Assembly: GCA_963663235.2 (NCBI GenBank)
Contig: CAXXNO010000004.1
Location: forward strand, 192,001-256,000
DNA length: 64,000 bases
Source of the DNA: Dehalococcoidia bacterium
Lineage (GTDB): Bacteria; Chloroflexota; Dehalococcoidia; Bin125
Direction: 5' to 3'
Shown piece after piece: positions 29,110 to 37,633 of this stretch; the first letter of the stretch is position 1; every line of letters begins with the position of its first letter. The position numbers were made by a program, and so were the translations under genes. The notes beneath the pieces were generated by a model. That model was not told where the DNA came from, searched no databases, and saw only the letters and a program-made list of their open reading frames with translations.

Positions 29110-30117
29110 TCAGTCGCGCCGCAGAAAGCCCGTCTCCCAGGCCGCGGCGAGACAGCGAGAGATATCCACCACGGGCGGGCCAGAGCGGGTCACATAGAAC
29201 GTCGCCCGCGCGTCCGGCCCCAGCCTGAATTCGCGCTCGCCGTCGAGGGCGACGAGAGCGGGGCCGGTCACGGCGACCATATCACCCAGCCCAAGGCGGC
29301 AGGCGCGGGCCAGGGGCACCTCCCGGATGAGGCCGGGGGCGATGGCCGCTGCGAGCGTGGAACCGCCCGGGCCGAAGGTCAGATGGACGCCGCCGTCCTC
29401 GTCGGGCCTGGTGGGGAGGACCATGCCGCCCACCGCCGCCATGCCGATAGCGTCCGGCACCGCGCGGGTGAGCACGACTTCCTTCACATTCTCGATCTCC
29501 CAGATAGCGCGGCTGCCCACGAAGCCATCGGCCATGACCACGGCGTCGATCAGGGCGACGTCGCGGCCCACGCCGTCGACGGCGACTTCCACCCACTTGC
29601 AGGGACGCGCAACGGCGGTGAGGTCGACGGCCCCGACCGCCACGGCGCCGGCGGCCAGACCGGCCACCGTGCCCTCAATCATCACAGGGAAGACGTTGTT
29701 GGTCCCCGTGGAGACGGCGACCAGCGGCAGCTTGTGGCTCCCCTTGGCCAGGGCGCGGTTGGTGCCGTCCCCACCGAGGGAAACCACCACATCGACGCCG
29801 GCCTGTTCCATGGCCGCGGCGGCGGCGGTGGTGTCCTCCGCGGAGGCGTGGATGCGCTTGATGACGGGCTGCAACGGAAAGGGAAGGTGGAGCCCGTCAG
29901 CCGCCTTCTCGCAGATGTGGAACGAGTCCGGCATGTAGAGGACGCGATCCACACCGGCCGCCGCGAGGCCGTTCAGCACGCGGCGGACGATGTTGATCTT
30001 CTCGAAGTTGTTGAAGACGGACGCATGCGCCACCAGCCGGCGGATGTCCCTGCCGGACGCGGGATTGGCGATGATCCCAGCCGTGCCAGCCACCGCGCGC
30101 TCTCCGTCTTCCCTCAC
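29110..30117 (-). CDS. acoX: AcoX-like ATP-NAD kinase family protein
   Basis: GIIANPASGRDIRRLVAHA, GGDGTNR, STGTNNVFP, ALDGERE; start may be GTG 30093. Confidence 0.85.
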   Translation of the reverse strand: MREDGERAVAGTAGIIANPASGRDIRRLVAHASVFNNFEKINIVRRVLNGLAAAGVDRVLYMPDSFHICEKAADGLHLPFPLQPVIKRIHASAEDTTAAAAAMEQAGVDVVVSLGGDGTNRALAKGSHKLPLVAVSTGTNNVFPVMIEGTVAGLAAGAVAVGAVDLTAVARPCKWVEVAVDGVGRDVALIDAVVMADGFVGSRAIWEIENVKEVVLTRAVPDAIGMAAVGGMVLPTRPDEDGGVHLTFGPGGSTLAAAIAPGLIREVPLARACRLGLGDMVAVTGPALVALDGEREFRLGPDARATFYVTRSGPPVVDISRCLAAAWETGFLRRD

Positions 30118-30159
30118 CTGAGGCGACCACGGCCGTCGGGCCGCGGGAAGGGCCGGGCG

Positions 30160-31149
30160 CTAGGCCCGCGCGCTTGCGGGCACCACCGCCTCGACCGCAG
30201 CGATGATGTCGTCTTTGCCGGGTAGCCAGGCGCGCTCCAGCGTCGGATTGAAGGGGACCGGGGAGAAGGGAGCGCCGACACGCTTGACGGGCGCGTCTAA
30301 GTCATCGAACGCCTCTTCCGCGATCTGCGCGGCGATCTCGGCGCCGACGCCGCAGAAGGTCACGGCCTCGTGGGCAACGACGGCGCGGTGCGTCTTCCGG
30401 ACCGAGGCGAGGATGGTCTCCGAGTCCAAGGGAAGCAGGGTGCGGGGATCCACGATCTCCACGCTGACGCCGCGCTCGGCCAGCTCCTCGGCGGCCTGCA
30501 GCGCATCCTGCACCATGGAGCTCACCGCAACGACGGTGACGTCGGTCCCCTCTCGCTTGACGTCGGCCAGGCCGAGGGGAATGGCGTAGGCCTCATCCGG
30601 CACGTCACCGCGCCAGCCCAGGCGGCGTTTGTGGGTGATGTAGAGCACAGGGTTGTCGTCGCGGATGGCGGCGACCATCAAGCCCTTGGCGTCGTAGGCG
30701 GTCGCCGGCGTCACCACCTTGAGGCCGGGGATATGGCAGAACCAGGCCTCCAGGCTCTGGCTGTGCTGCGCGGCCATGCTCAGGCCGCCGCCCTGGTGTG
30801 TGAGCAAGACGATGGGCAGTCGCGCCTTGCCGCCGAACATGTACTTCATCTTGGCCATCTGGTTGACGATCTGGTCCATGGCCACGGGCGTGAAATCGAT
30901 GAACTGGATCTCCACGACCGGCCGCATGCCCACGGCCGCCGCGCCGATGCCCAGGCCGACGATGGCGGACTCCGAGATGGGCATGTCGCGGACGCGATCG
31001 GGGCCGATGCGCTCGCGCAGGCCGGCGTTGGTGTTGAAGATGCCGCCGTGCGCCACGTCGAGGCCGGCGAGGAAGGTGTCGGGGTCGCGCTCCATCTCGG
31101 CGATGAACGCCTCCGCGATAGCGCGCGAGTACTTCTTGCCCTCTGCCAC
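30160..31149 (-). CDS. TPP-dependent dehydrogenase E1 beta subunit (copy 2)
   Basis: PISESAIVG, DQIVNQMAK, AAQHSQSLE; GTG start after GGAGG. Confidence 0.93.
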   Translation of the reverse strand: MAEGKKYSRAIAEAFIAEMERDPDTFLAGLDVAHGGIFNTNAGLRERIGPDRVRDMPISESAIVGLGIGAAAVGMRPVVEIQFIDFTPVAMDQIVNQMAKMKYMFGGKARLPIVLLTHQGGGLSMAAQHSQSLEAWFCHIPGLKVVTPATAYDAKGLMVAAIRDDNPVLYITHKRRLGWRGDVPDEAYAIPLGLADVKREGTDVTVVAVSSMVQDALQAAEELAERGVSVEIVDPRTLLPLDSETILASVRKTHRAVVAHEAVTFCGVGAEIAAQIAEEAFDDLDAPVKRVGAPFSPVPFNPTLERAWLPGKDDIIAAVEAVVPASARA

Positions 31150-31190
31150 TAGGCCGACGCCTCCCGTCCCCGCGAGCCCTGTCGCGCGGG

Positions 31191-32201
31191 CTAGGCGGTG
31201 ACCGCCGCCGGCACGATCTCCTCGATCGCGGCGATGATCTGCGCCTTGCCGGGCAACCAAGCCTGCTCCAGCACAGGGCTGAAGGGAACGGGGCTGAAGG
31301 GCGCGCCGACGCGCTTGACCGGCGCGTCCAGGTAGTCGAAGCCTTCGTCGGCGATCTGGGCGGCGATCTCCGCCCCAAAGCCGCAGAAGCGGACCGCCTC
31401 CTGGGCCACGACCACGCGGCCGGTCTTTTTCACCGACTCGAGGATGGTTTCGGAGTCCAAGGGAGAGAGCGTGCGGGGGTCGACCACCTCCACGCTGACG
31501 CCACGCCGGCCGAGCTCCTTGGCCGTGTCGAGGGCGTCTTTGACGAGGGCGCCGGTGGCAACGACGGTGACGTCGGTACCCTCGTGCTTCACGTCCGCCT
31601 TGCCCAGGGGAACGGTGAAGGGCTCATCCGGCACATCGGCGCGCAGACCCAGCGCGCGCTTGTTGGTGATGTAAATGATGGGGTCGTCCGAACGGATGGC
31701 GCTGTGCATGAGGCCCTTGCCGTCGTAGGGACCGGAGGGCATCACGACTTTGAGACCGGGGATGTGGCAGAACCAGGCTTCGAGGCTCTGGCTGTGCTGC
31801 GCCGCCATGCTGGTTCCCGCGCCCTCATGCGTGACGATGACCAAAGGGAGTTTGGCCTTGCCGCCGAACATGTACTTCATCTTGGCCATCTGATTGACGA
31901 TCTGATCCATGCAGACGGCCATGAAGTCGATGAACATGATCTCGACGATCGGCCGCATGCCGGCGGCGGCGGCGCCGATGGCCAGGCCGGCCATGGCCGA
32001 CTCCGAGAGCGGCGTGTTGCGGACGCGATCGGGGCCGAACTTTTCGCGCAGGCCGGCGGCGGTGGACCAGAGCGAGCCCATCTCGATGTCCTGGCCGGCG
32101 AGGAAGATATCGGGGTTGTGTTCCATCTCCCAGGCCTGCGCCTCGGCGACGGCCTGCCAGAACTTTTTGCCCTTCTTTTTTTCCTTCGTTTCGGCAGCCA
32201 T
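31191..32201 (-). CDS. TPP-dependent dehydrogenase E1 beta subunit (copy 1)
   Basis: TPLSES, DQIVNQMAK, AAQHSQSLE; ATG overlaps the alpha-subunit stop. Confidence 0.93.
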   Translation of the reverse strand: MAAETKEKKKGKKFWQAVAEAQAWEMEHNPDIFLAGQDIEMGSLWSTAAGLREKFGPDRVRNTPLSESAMAGLAIGAAAAGMRPIVEIMFIDFMAVCMDQIVNQMAKMKYMFGGKAKLPLVIVTHEGAGTSMAAQHSQSLEAWFCHIPGLKVVMPSGPYDGKGLMHSAIRSDDPIIYITNKRALGLRADVPDEPFTVPLGKADVKHEGTDVTVVATGALVKDALDTAKELGRRGVSVEVVDPRTLSPLDSETILESVKKTGRVVVAQEAVRFCGFGAEIAAQIADEGFDYLDAPVKRVGAPFSPVPFSPVLEQAWLPGKAQIIAAIEEIVPAAVTA

Positions 32202-33175
32202 TACGCCGTCACCTCCGTGTAGACATCGTCTAAGAGGGTGGACACATCGGGCTCCGGGCTCTCCTCGGCGAATTTGATGGCCTCTTCCACATCGTTGCGG
32301 ATCGATTCCACGATCTCGTCGGCCTGGGCCTGGGAGAGGACGCCGCGCTCCGCCAGCAGGGAGCGGAAGAGTGCGATGGGATCGCGCGACTTCCAGTGGG
32401 CGACCTCGTCCTCGGGGCGGGGGACCGCGCCGTAATCGCGGCCCACGTGGTCGTAGTAGCGGTAGGTCTTGGTCTCGATGAGAGAGGGCCCTTCGCCGCG
32501 GCGGGCGCGGGCGACGGCCTCGCTGGCCGCTTCGTGGACGGCGAGGACGTCCTGGCCGTCGACGGCGACGCCGGGCATGCCGTAGCCGTTGGCGATGTCG
32601 GAGACGTCCTGAATGGCGTGCTGCGTGTCGAAGCGCATGAACTCGCCGTAGAGGTTGTTCTCGCAGACGAAGACGACGGGCAGTTTCCAGGTGGCGGCGA
32701 GGTTCATGGCCTCGTGGATGGCGCCCTCGGAGGCGGAGCCGTCGCCGAAGAAGCAGACCACCACCTGGCCCTTGTCCCGGTGCTTGCAGGCATAGGCGGC
32801 TCCGGCGGCGATGGGCGCCCCGGCGCCGAGGATGCCGTTGGCGCCGAGGATGCCCAGGTCCAGATCCGCCATGTGCATGGAGCCACCCTTGCCGTGGCAG
32901 TAGCCGGTGGCCTTGGCGTAGAGCTCGGCGAACATCTTCTTGATGTCGCCGCCCTTGGCGATCAAGTGGCCGTGGCCGCGGTGGGTGGAGGTGATGTAGT
33001 CGTCGTCGTTCAGGGCGGAGCAGACCCCGACGCCGGACGCTTCCTCGCCCACGTAGAGGTGGACGGCGCCGACGACCTTGGCCTGCTCGGAGAGGACGCC
33101 GGCGCGCTCGTCGAACTCGCGGATCCTGACCATGCGCGTGAGCATGTCGATGAGCTTGTCGTTGCTGATCTCCAT
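32201..33175 (-). CDS. TPP-dependent dehydrogenase E1 alpha subunit (acetoin dehydrogenase-like)
   Basis: STHRGHGH, GKGGSMH, FFGDG...ENN TPP motif, TYRY. Confidence 0.95.
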   Translation of the reverse strand: MEISNDKLIDMLTRMVRIREFDERAGVLSEQAKVVGAVHLYVGEEASGVGVCSALNDDDYITSTHRGHGHLIAKGGDIKKMFAELYAKATGYCHGKGGSMHMADLDLGILGANGILGAGAPIAAGAAYACKHRDKGQVVVCFFGDGSASEGAIHEAMNLAATWKLPVVFVCENNLYGEFMRFDTQHAIQDVSDIANGYGMPGVAVDGQDVLAVHEAASEAVARARRGEGPSLIETKTYRYYDHVGRDYGAVPRPEDEVAHWKSRDPIALFRSLLAERGVLSQAQADEIVESIRNDVEEAIKFAEESPEPDVSTLLDDVYTEVTA

Positions 33176-33271
33176 CCGCCACACCTCCCGTGCCGGTAAA
33201 GCGCCCGGATCCGGAGACAGTCCGGCCCGGTGAGTCTGCCGCGCCAGACTAGGAGCCGGGATCAGAACGTG

Positions 33272-33775
33272 TCAATTGAGCCCGCGGGCCGCGCGCCAGG
33301 CGGCCAGCACGTCGGGGTCGGAGGGGAAGGCCGGGGGCGGGAGGGCGTCCCAGGGAAAGTAGCGCAGCGCCCGCGCCTCCGGGCCGGGGCGAAGCACGCC
33401 CCCGACAGGCCGGGCGCGATAGACCACGAGGACGACGGGATCGCCACGATGGGAGAAGACGCCCAGCAAGCCGTCCAAGGCGACCTCCAGACCGGTCTCC
33501 TCCCGCACCTCGCGGATCGCGGCCTCGGGCACTACCTCGCCCCGATCGACGAAGCCGGCGGGGAAGGCCCAAGCGCCCATCTGGGGCTGGTGATCGCGCT
33601 GGGTGTAGAGCAAGCGGCCCTCGTCGTCCTCGATGAGCACCGCCACCGCCAGTTTGGGGTCGGCATAGTGCACGAAGTCGCAGCGGGGGCAGGCGGGCCG
33701 GCGCGCGCCCTGGACGTCCCGTGGCTGGAGCGGTGCGCCGCAGGCGGGACAAAAGCAAGGGTCGGCGTTCTCCAT
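33272..33775 (-). CDS. NUDIX hydrolase with N-terminal Zn ribbon
   Basis: CPACG...CPRC; Nudix box GFVDRGE....AA.REV.EETG. Confidence 0.92.
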   Translation of the reverse strand: MENADPCFCPACGAPLQPRDVQGARRPACPRCDFVHYADPKLAVAVLIEDDEGRLLYTQRDHQPQMGAWAFPAGFVDRGEVVPEAAIREVREETGLEVALDGLLGVFSHRGDPVVLVVYRARPVGGVLRPGPEARALRYFPWDALPPPAFPSDPDVLAAWRAARGLN

Positions 33776-33792
33776 GGAACGAGCAGCCAGCG

Positions 33793-34566
33793 CTAGAAGG
33801 GGAATTGCAGGCGCCGGAAGCGCTCATAGAAGCGCCCGTCCTCGTCCTTCCAGCGGGCGCGGACGAAATCGAAGAACTCCTTCTCCCGATCAGCGAACTG
33901 CGAGGTGTGCTGGAGCAGCGCCTTGATCTTCAGTTCGACGATATCGGTGATGTCGACACGGAAGTTGGGGTCGTTGCTGCCGAAGACGAAGAGCTCGGCG
34001 ACGTTGTGGGTCTCGAGGCCTGCGTCCAGCTGCTCAGGGAAGTTGAGATGGTCGCGGGCGGTGGGGTAGACGGCGTCGATGGCCATGGTGCCGGCCATGC
34101 GGTGGTCGCGGTGATTGACGAAGCCCATGAACTCCGGCGTGTCCGGGGTGCGGGTCGACTCGGTGGGAAACTGCAGGACCTCCGGGCTGTGCGTAAAGAC
34201 GGCATGGGGCCGCAGCCGGCGGATCTCCCGCACGATCATCCCGAGCACGTCGCGGTGGTACTCCAACTCGCCGTCCTCCCAGCCGAGGAAGGTGCAGCTG
34301 AGCACGCCGAGGGTCTCGGCGGCGGCGCGCTGCTCGGGCTCGCGCAGGGCGATCAGGCGCTCGCGGGGCATCTCCCGGTCGGCGGTGCCTTTGGCACCGT
34401 TGGTCACGACGAGGTAGTGGAACTGCCAGCCGTCGCGCGACCAGAGCGCCGCCGTGCCGCCGACGCCGAAGTCGGGGTCGTCCGGGTGGGCGGCGATCAC
34501 CAGCGCCACCTTGGGTGGCGTCTCCTCAGGGGGTTGCGTCTGCTCAGGCGTTTCGTCCACCGGCAA
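33793..34566 (-). CDS. PIG-L/LmbE family deacetylase
   Basis: AHPDD and HRDH metal motifs; start uncertain (TTG after AAGGAG). Confidence 0.92.
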   Translation of the reverse strand: MPVDETPEQTQPPEETPPKVALVIAAHPDDPDFGVGGTAALWSRDGWQFHYLVVTNGAKGTADREMPRERLIALREPEQRAAAETLGVLSCTFLGWEDGELEYHRDVLGMIVREIRRLRPHAVFTHSPEVLQFPTESTRTPDTPEFMGFVNHRDHRMAGTMAIDAVYPTARDHLNFPEQLDAGLETHNVAELFVFGSNDPNFRVDITDIVELKIKALLQHTSQFADREKEFFDFVRARWKDEDGRFYERFRRLQFPF

Positions 34567-34725
34567 TCCGAGCGCGCTCCTTTTATCGGTCGTTGGGCCG
34601 GCGCGGCCGGCCACCAGCCCTGTGGGGTGCGCGGCTGGACCGCAACGGGACTGAGTCTCTCAGCCATTCTAGGAACGACGAGGCTTGAGGCGGAGGAGGG
34701 AGGCGTTGCATCGCGGCGAGGGCGG

Positions 34726-34755
34726 TTGACATAGGCGAAATCGCGGTGTTATGGT
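34726..34755 (+). promoter_or_regulatory. Sigma70-type promoter of lexA
   Basis: TTGACA 34726-34731 and extended -10 TGnTATGGT ending at 34755. Confidence 0.7.
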
Positions 34756-34765
34756 ACCGCCGCTA

Positions 34766-34777
34766 GAACACACGTTC
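34766..34777. promoter_or_regulatory. LexA (SOS/Cheo) box
   Basis: GAAC-ACAC-GTTC just downstream of the -10; Gram-positive/Chloroflexota-type consensus. Confidence 0.85.
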
Positions 34778-34863
34778 CATCTGTGGATAAGATGTTGGAT
34801 AATCCGTACAAGTCCGCAGGGGGCGTGGAAGGCACGGGCCGGCCAACGAGACGCAGGGATCCC

Positions 34864-35502
34864 ATGAAAAGCCGCTCTGACAAGCAAGAACGCATCCTGG
34901 CATTCATCGGCGCCTTCCTGGAGGAGCACGACTATCCGCCCAGCATCCGGGACATCCAGGCGGGGTGCGGGATCTCGTCGACCTCCGTGGTGGACTACAA
35001 CCTGAAAGCGCTGGAGGCGCAGAACCTGATCCGGCGCGACCGGGAGGTCTCGCGGGCGATCCAGCTGGTGGAAAGCAGCAGGCGGGGCAACGGCACCGTG
35101 GCGGTGCCGGTCCTGGGCACCATCGCGGCCGGGCAGCCGCTGCCGCTGCCGGACGTGGAAGGGCTGGACGCGCGGGGGGCGGAGGAGACCGTCAGCGTCA
35201 CCCGGGAGATGCTGCGCGGGCGCGCCCACGTGTTCGCCCTGCGGGTGCGCGGCACGTCGATGATCGACGCCCTGGTGAACGACGGGGACATCATCCTGCT
35301 GCAACCGACGGACAGCGTGGATGACGGAGAGATGGCCGCCGTCTACCTCAACAGCAGCAACGAAACGAGCTTCAAGCGCGTGTTCCGCGAAGGCCCGCAG
35401 GTACGGCTCCAGCCGGAGAATGCCACGATGGAGCCGCTCTACGCCGCCGCCAACGACGTCACCGTCCAGGGAAGGTTCGTGGGTGTGGTGCGGGCGCTCT
35501 AG
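34864..35502 (+). CDS. lexA: SOS repressor LexA
   Basis: YPPSIRDI..GCGISSTSVV, Ala-Gly site IAAG, catalytic Ser (GTSM) and Lys (FKR). Confidence 0.97.
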   Translation: MKSRSDKQERILAFIGAFLEEHDYPPSIRDIQAGCGISSTSVVDYNLKALEAQNLIRRDREVSRAIQLVESSRRGNGTVAVPVLGTIAAGQPLPLPDVEGLDARGAEETVSVTREMLRGRAHVFALRVRGTSMIDALVNDGDIILLQPTDSVDDGEMAAVYLNSSNETSFKRVFREGPQVRLQPENATMEPLYAAANDVTVQGRFVGVVRAL

Positions 35503-36524
35503 CGTCGTGCCGCAGCGGCGCGTCGGCGGCCGAGGCCGGCCAAGTCCGCAACCAGCAACTCCACCGCCAGGTCCTGGGGCATCCCCCCGGGCCGGTCCTG
35601 CCAGTAGTCCTGAATCTGCACCTCACAGCGCAGGATCCGCTGCATCGCCGCGCCGAGCGCCGCCAGCGAGAAGCGACGGGCCTGCTCGACGACGCGCCGG
35701 GCGACGAAGTCCTGCACCTTGAGCTGCTCCTGGACGTCGGCGGGGGAGCCGCCCCGGTCCAAGATCTCCCGCGCGACCACCAACATGCGGAACTGACGGG
35801 CGAGCATGGCGATGATGCGTTGGGGGGCCTCGCCCTCGTCGCGGAGGCGTTCGAGGGCCTGGAGAGCAACGGACCCGCGGCCCTCCGCTACGCCGTCCAC
35901 GAGGCGGAAGATGTTGCCCTCGCGGCTGCGGGCGACGAGGGCGCGGACGTCCGGCTCATCGACGGTGTCGGCGCCGGCGTAAGTTTTTAGTTTGTCCACT
36001 TCCGAGGCGAGCACCCAGAGGTTGCGCCCCACCCGTTCCACGAGGAGGCGCACGGCCGCCGGGGTCAGATCAAGGCCGAGCGCGCGGGCGCGATCGCGCA
36101 CCCAGGGGGCGAGCTGGCGCTCCGCGGGGAGCGGGAACTCCCGCACCTCCCCGGCGGCGTCGATCATCTCGCGGATAGGGTTGCGGAGACGCACGGCGTC
36201 TTCGACGAAGACGAGGAGGGTCGTGTCGGGGACGGCGGCGAGCAGATCGGCGAGCGGCGTCCAGTCGCCGACGTCACGGCGGCGGCGGCCGGCGCCGTTG
36301 CGCGCGTCGAAGCGGCGGCAGAGCCCCTCGACGACGACGAGGCGGTACTCGGCCAAGAACGGCACCGTGGTCGCGGCGGCGCGGAGCTCGGCCAGCGTGA
36401 TCGATGCGCCGTTGAGGGTGACGGTGTTGGTGGCCAGGCCGCCGTCGCGGTCGTGGGCGGCCTTGAGAGCGGTTAAAGCCTCGCGGCGGGAGAAGTCGTC
36501 GGGGCCGGTGAGGAGGAGGATCAC
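35499..36524 (-). CDS. holA: DNA polymerase III delta subunit
   Basis: LLTGPDDF, PFLAEYRLVVV, SEVDKL, NIFRLVD. Confidence 0.92.
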   Translation of the reverse strand: MILLLTGPDDFSRREALTALKAAHDRDGGLATNTVTLNGASITLAELRAAATTVPFLAEYRLVVVEGLCRRFDARNGAGRRRRDVGDWTPLADLLAAVPDTTLLVFVEDAVRLRNPIREMIDAAGEVREFPLPAERQLAPWVRDRARALGLDLTPAAVRLLVERVGRNLWVLASEVDKLKTYAGADTVDEPDVRALVARSREGNIFRLVDGVAEGRGSVALQALERLRDEGEAPQRIIAMLARQFRMLVVAREILDRGGSPADVQEQLKVQDFVARRVVEQARRFSLAALGAAMQRILRCEVQIQDYWQDRPGGMPQDLAVELLVADLAGLGRRRAAAARR

Positions 36525-36720
36525 GAAGTCACGCGCCGATCACCACGGTCAGTGACCCAGTGTAGGGGGCTCCGTGTGTGGCGGCGTCTCGGCCGCGGCT
36601 AGTCCGGGACCAGAGTGACGCCGTCCTTGCGCGAGAGCCCGGCTATCTGAAAGCCGGGGTGGGTGTCCTGCGGCGGGCCGCCGTCAGCAGCCATTGTGTG
36701 CTTCCGGTGGTGTCGATGCG

Positions 36721-37584
36721 CTAGGGCCAGCCCACGCCTTCGACCTCGACCTGGACCGCGCGGATGCGGGCGTTGCCGGGGCCTTTAATCTGGTGGAGGC
36801 GGCCGCTGAAGGCTTCCAGCAGGAAGAGGGTGCGGCGGTCGGGGCCGCCGAGCATGCAGGCGAAGCCGTTGCGGTCATCGGCGAAGATCTGCTCTTTCAC
36901 CTCGCCGCCCTCGGCGACGCGGACGAAGCGGCCGGGCGGGCGGGGGACGGCGAACCAGACGCAGCCCTCGGCGTCCAGGCAGATGCCATCCGGGAGGCCG
37001 TCGACATTGGCCCAGAGGCGGCGGTTGGAAAGCGAGCCATCGGCGGCGACGTCGAAGGCGGAGAGGCGCTTGGCGTAGGTCTCCGCCACGATCAGCGTGC
37101 GGCCATCCGGGGTGATGACCGCGCCGTTAGGGAAGGCGAGGCCGGAGGCGGCGACGCGGGCCATTCCAGAAGAAGGACCGTCCGGGGTGACGAGGATGAG
37201 GTCGGCATCGCGCTGGTCGGCGCCGCCGAGCATGTCGAAGCCGAAGTTGCCGACGTAGGAGCGGCCCTGGGCGTCGGTGACCATGTCGTTGCAGTGGCCG
37301 GTGGCGAGGGCGGAGAGATCGGCGTGGAGGGCGAGGCCGTCGGGGTCGAGGCGCATCAGTTTGAGGTCGGTCATAGAGACGACGAGGAGCCGACCGTCCG
37401 GCAGGAAGCCGAGGCCGGAAGGCCAGTTGGGGACCGCGACGATGGTCTCGCGGTTGCCCTGGAGGTCGACGGCGACGACCTCGTGGGCGTGCATGTCGGA
37501 GAACCAGAGGCGGCCCTCGTGCCAGCGCGGTCCCTCCGCGAAGAGGAGGCCGTCAAGCAGGACGGTGGGCTTGCGCTCCGGCAT
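36721..37584 (-). CDS. SMP-30/gluconolactonase family protein
   Basis: FAEGPRW, CNDMV.D..GR.YVG, FPNG, PDGICLDAEG. Confidence 0.92.
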   Translation of the reverse strand: MPERKPTVLLDGLLFAEGPRWHEGRLWFSDMHAHEVVAVDLQGNRETIVAVPNWPSGLGFLPDGRLLVVSMTDLKLMRLDPDGLALHADLSALATGHCNDMVTDAQGRSYVGNFGFDMLGGADQRDADLILVTPDGPSSGMARVAASGLAFPNGAVITPDGRTLIVAETYAKRLSAFDVAADGSLSNRRLWANVDGLPDGICLDAEGCVWFAVPRPPGRFVRVAEGGEVKEQIFADDRNGFACMLGGPDRRTLFLLEAFSGRLHQIKGPGNARIRAVQVEVEGVGWP

Positions 37585-37633
37585 CAAGGATCCTTTCTCA
37601 GGCCATCTGCGGCCAGCCAGATCCGGCCGCGGC

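Noticed and set aside
32202-33182. 663-aa ORF suggesting an E1 alpha-beta fusion
   Set aside because: The upstream part is an off-frame reading of the alpha gene; beta starts at ATG 32201.
36525-36720. Intergenic hairpin CCCGGCT-N7-AGCCGGG upstream of holA as a possible ncRNA
   Set aside because: A short GC stem is expected by chance here; no recognisable RNA family.
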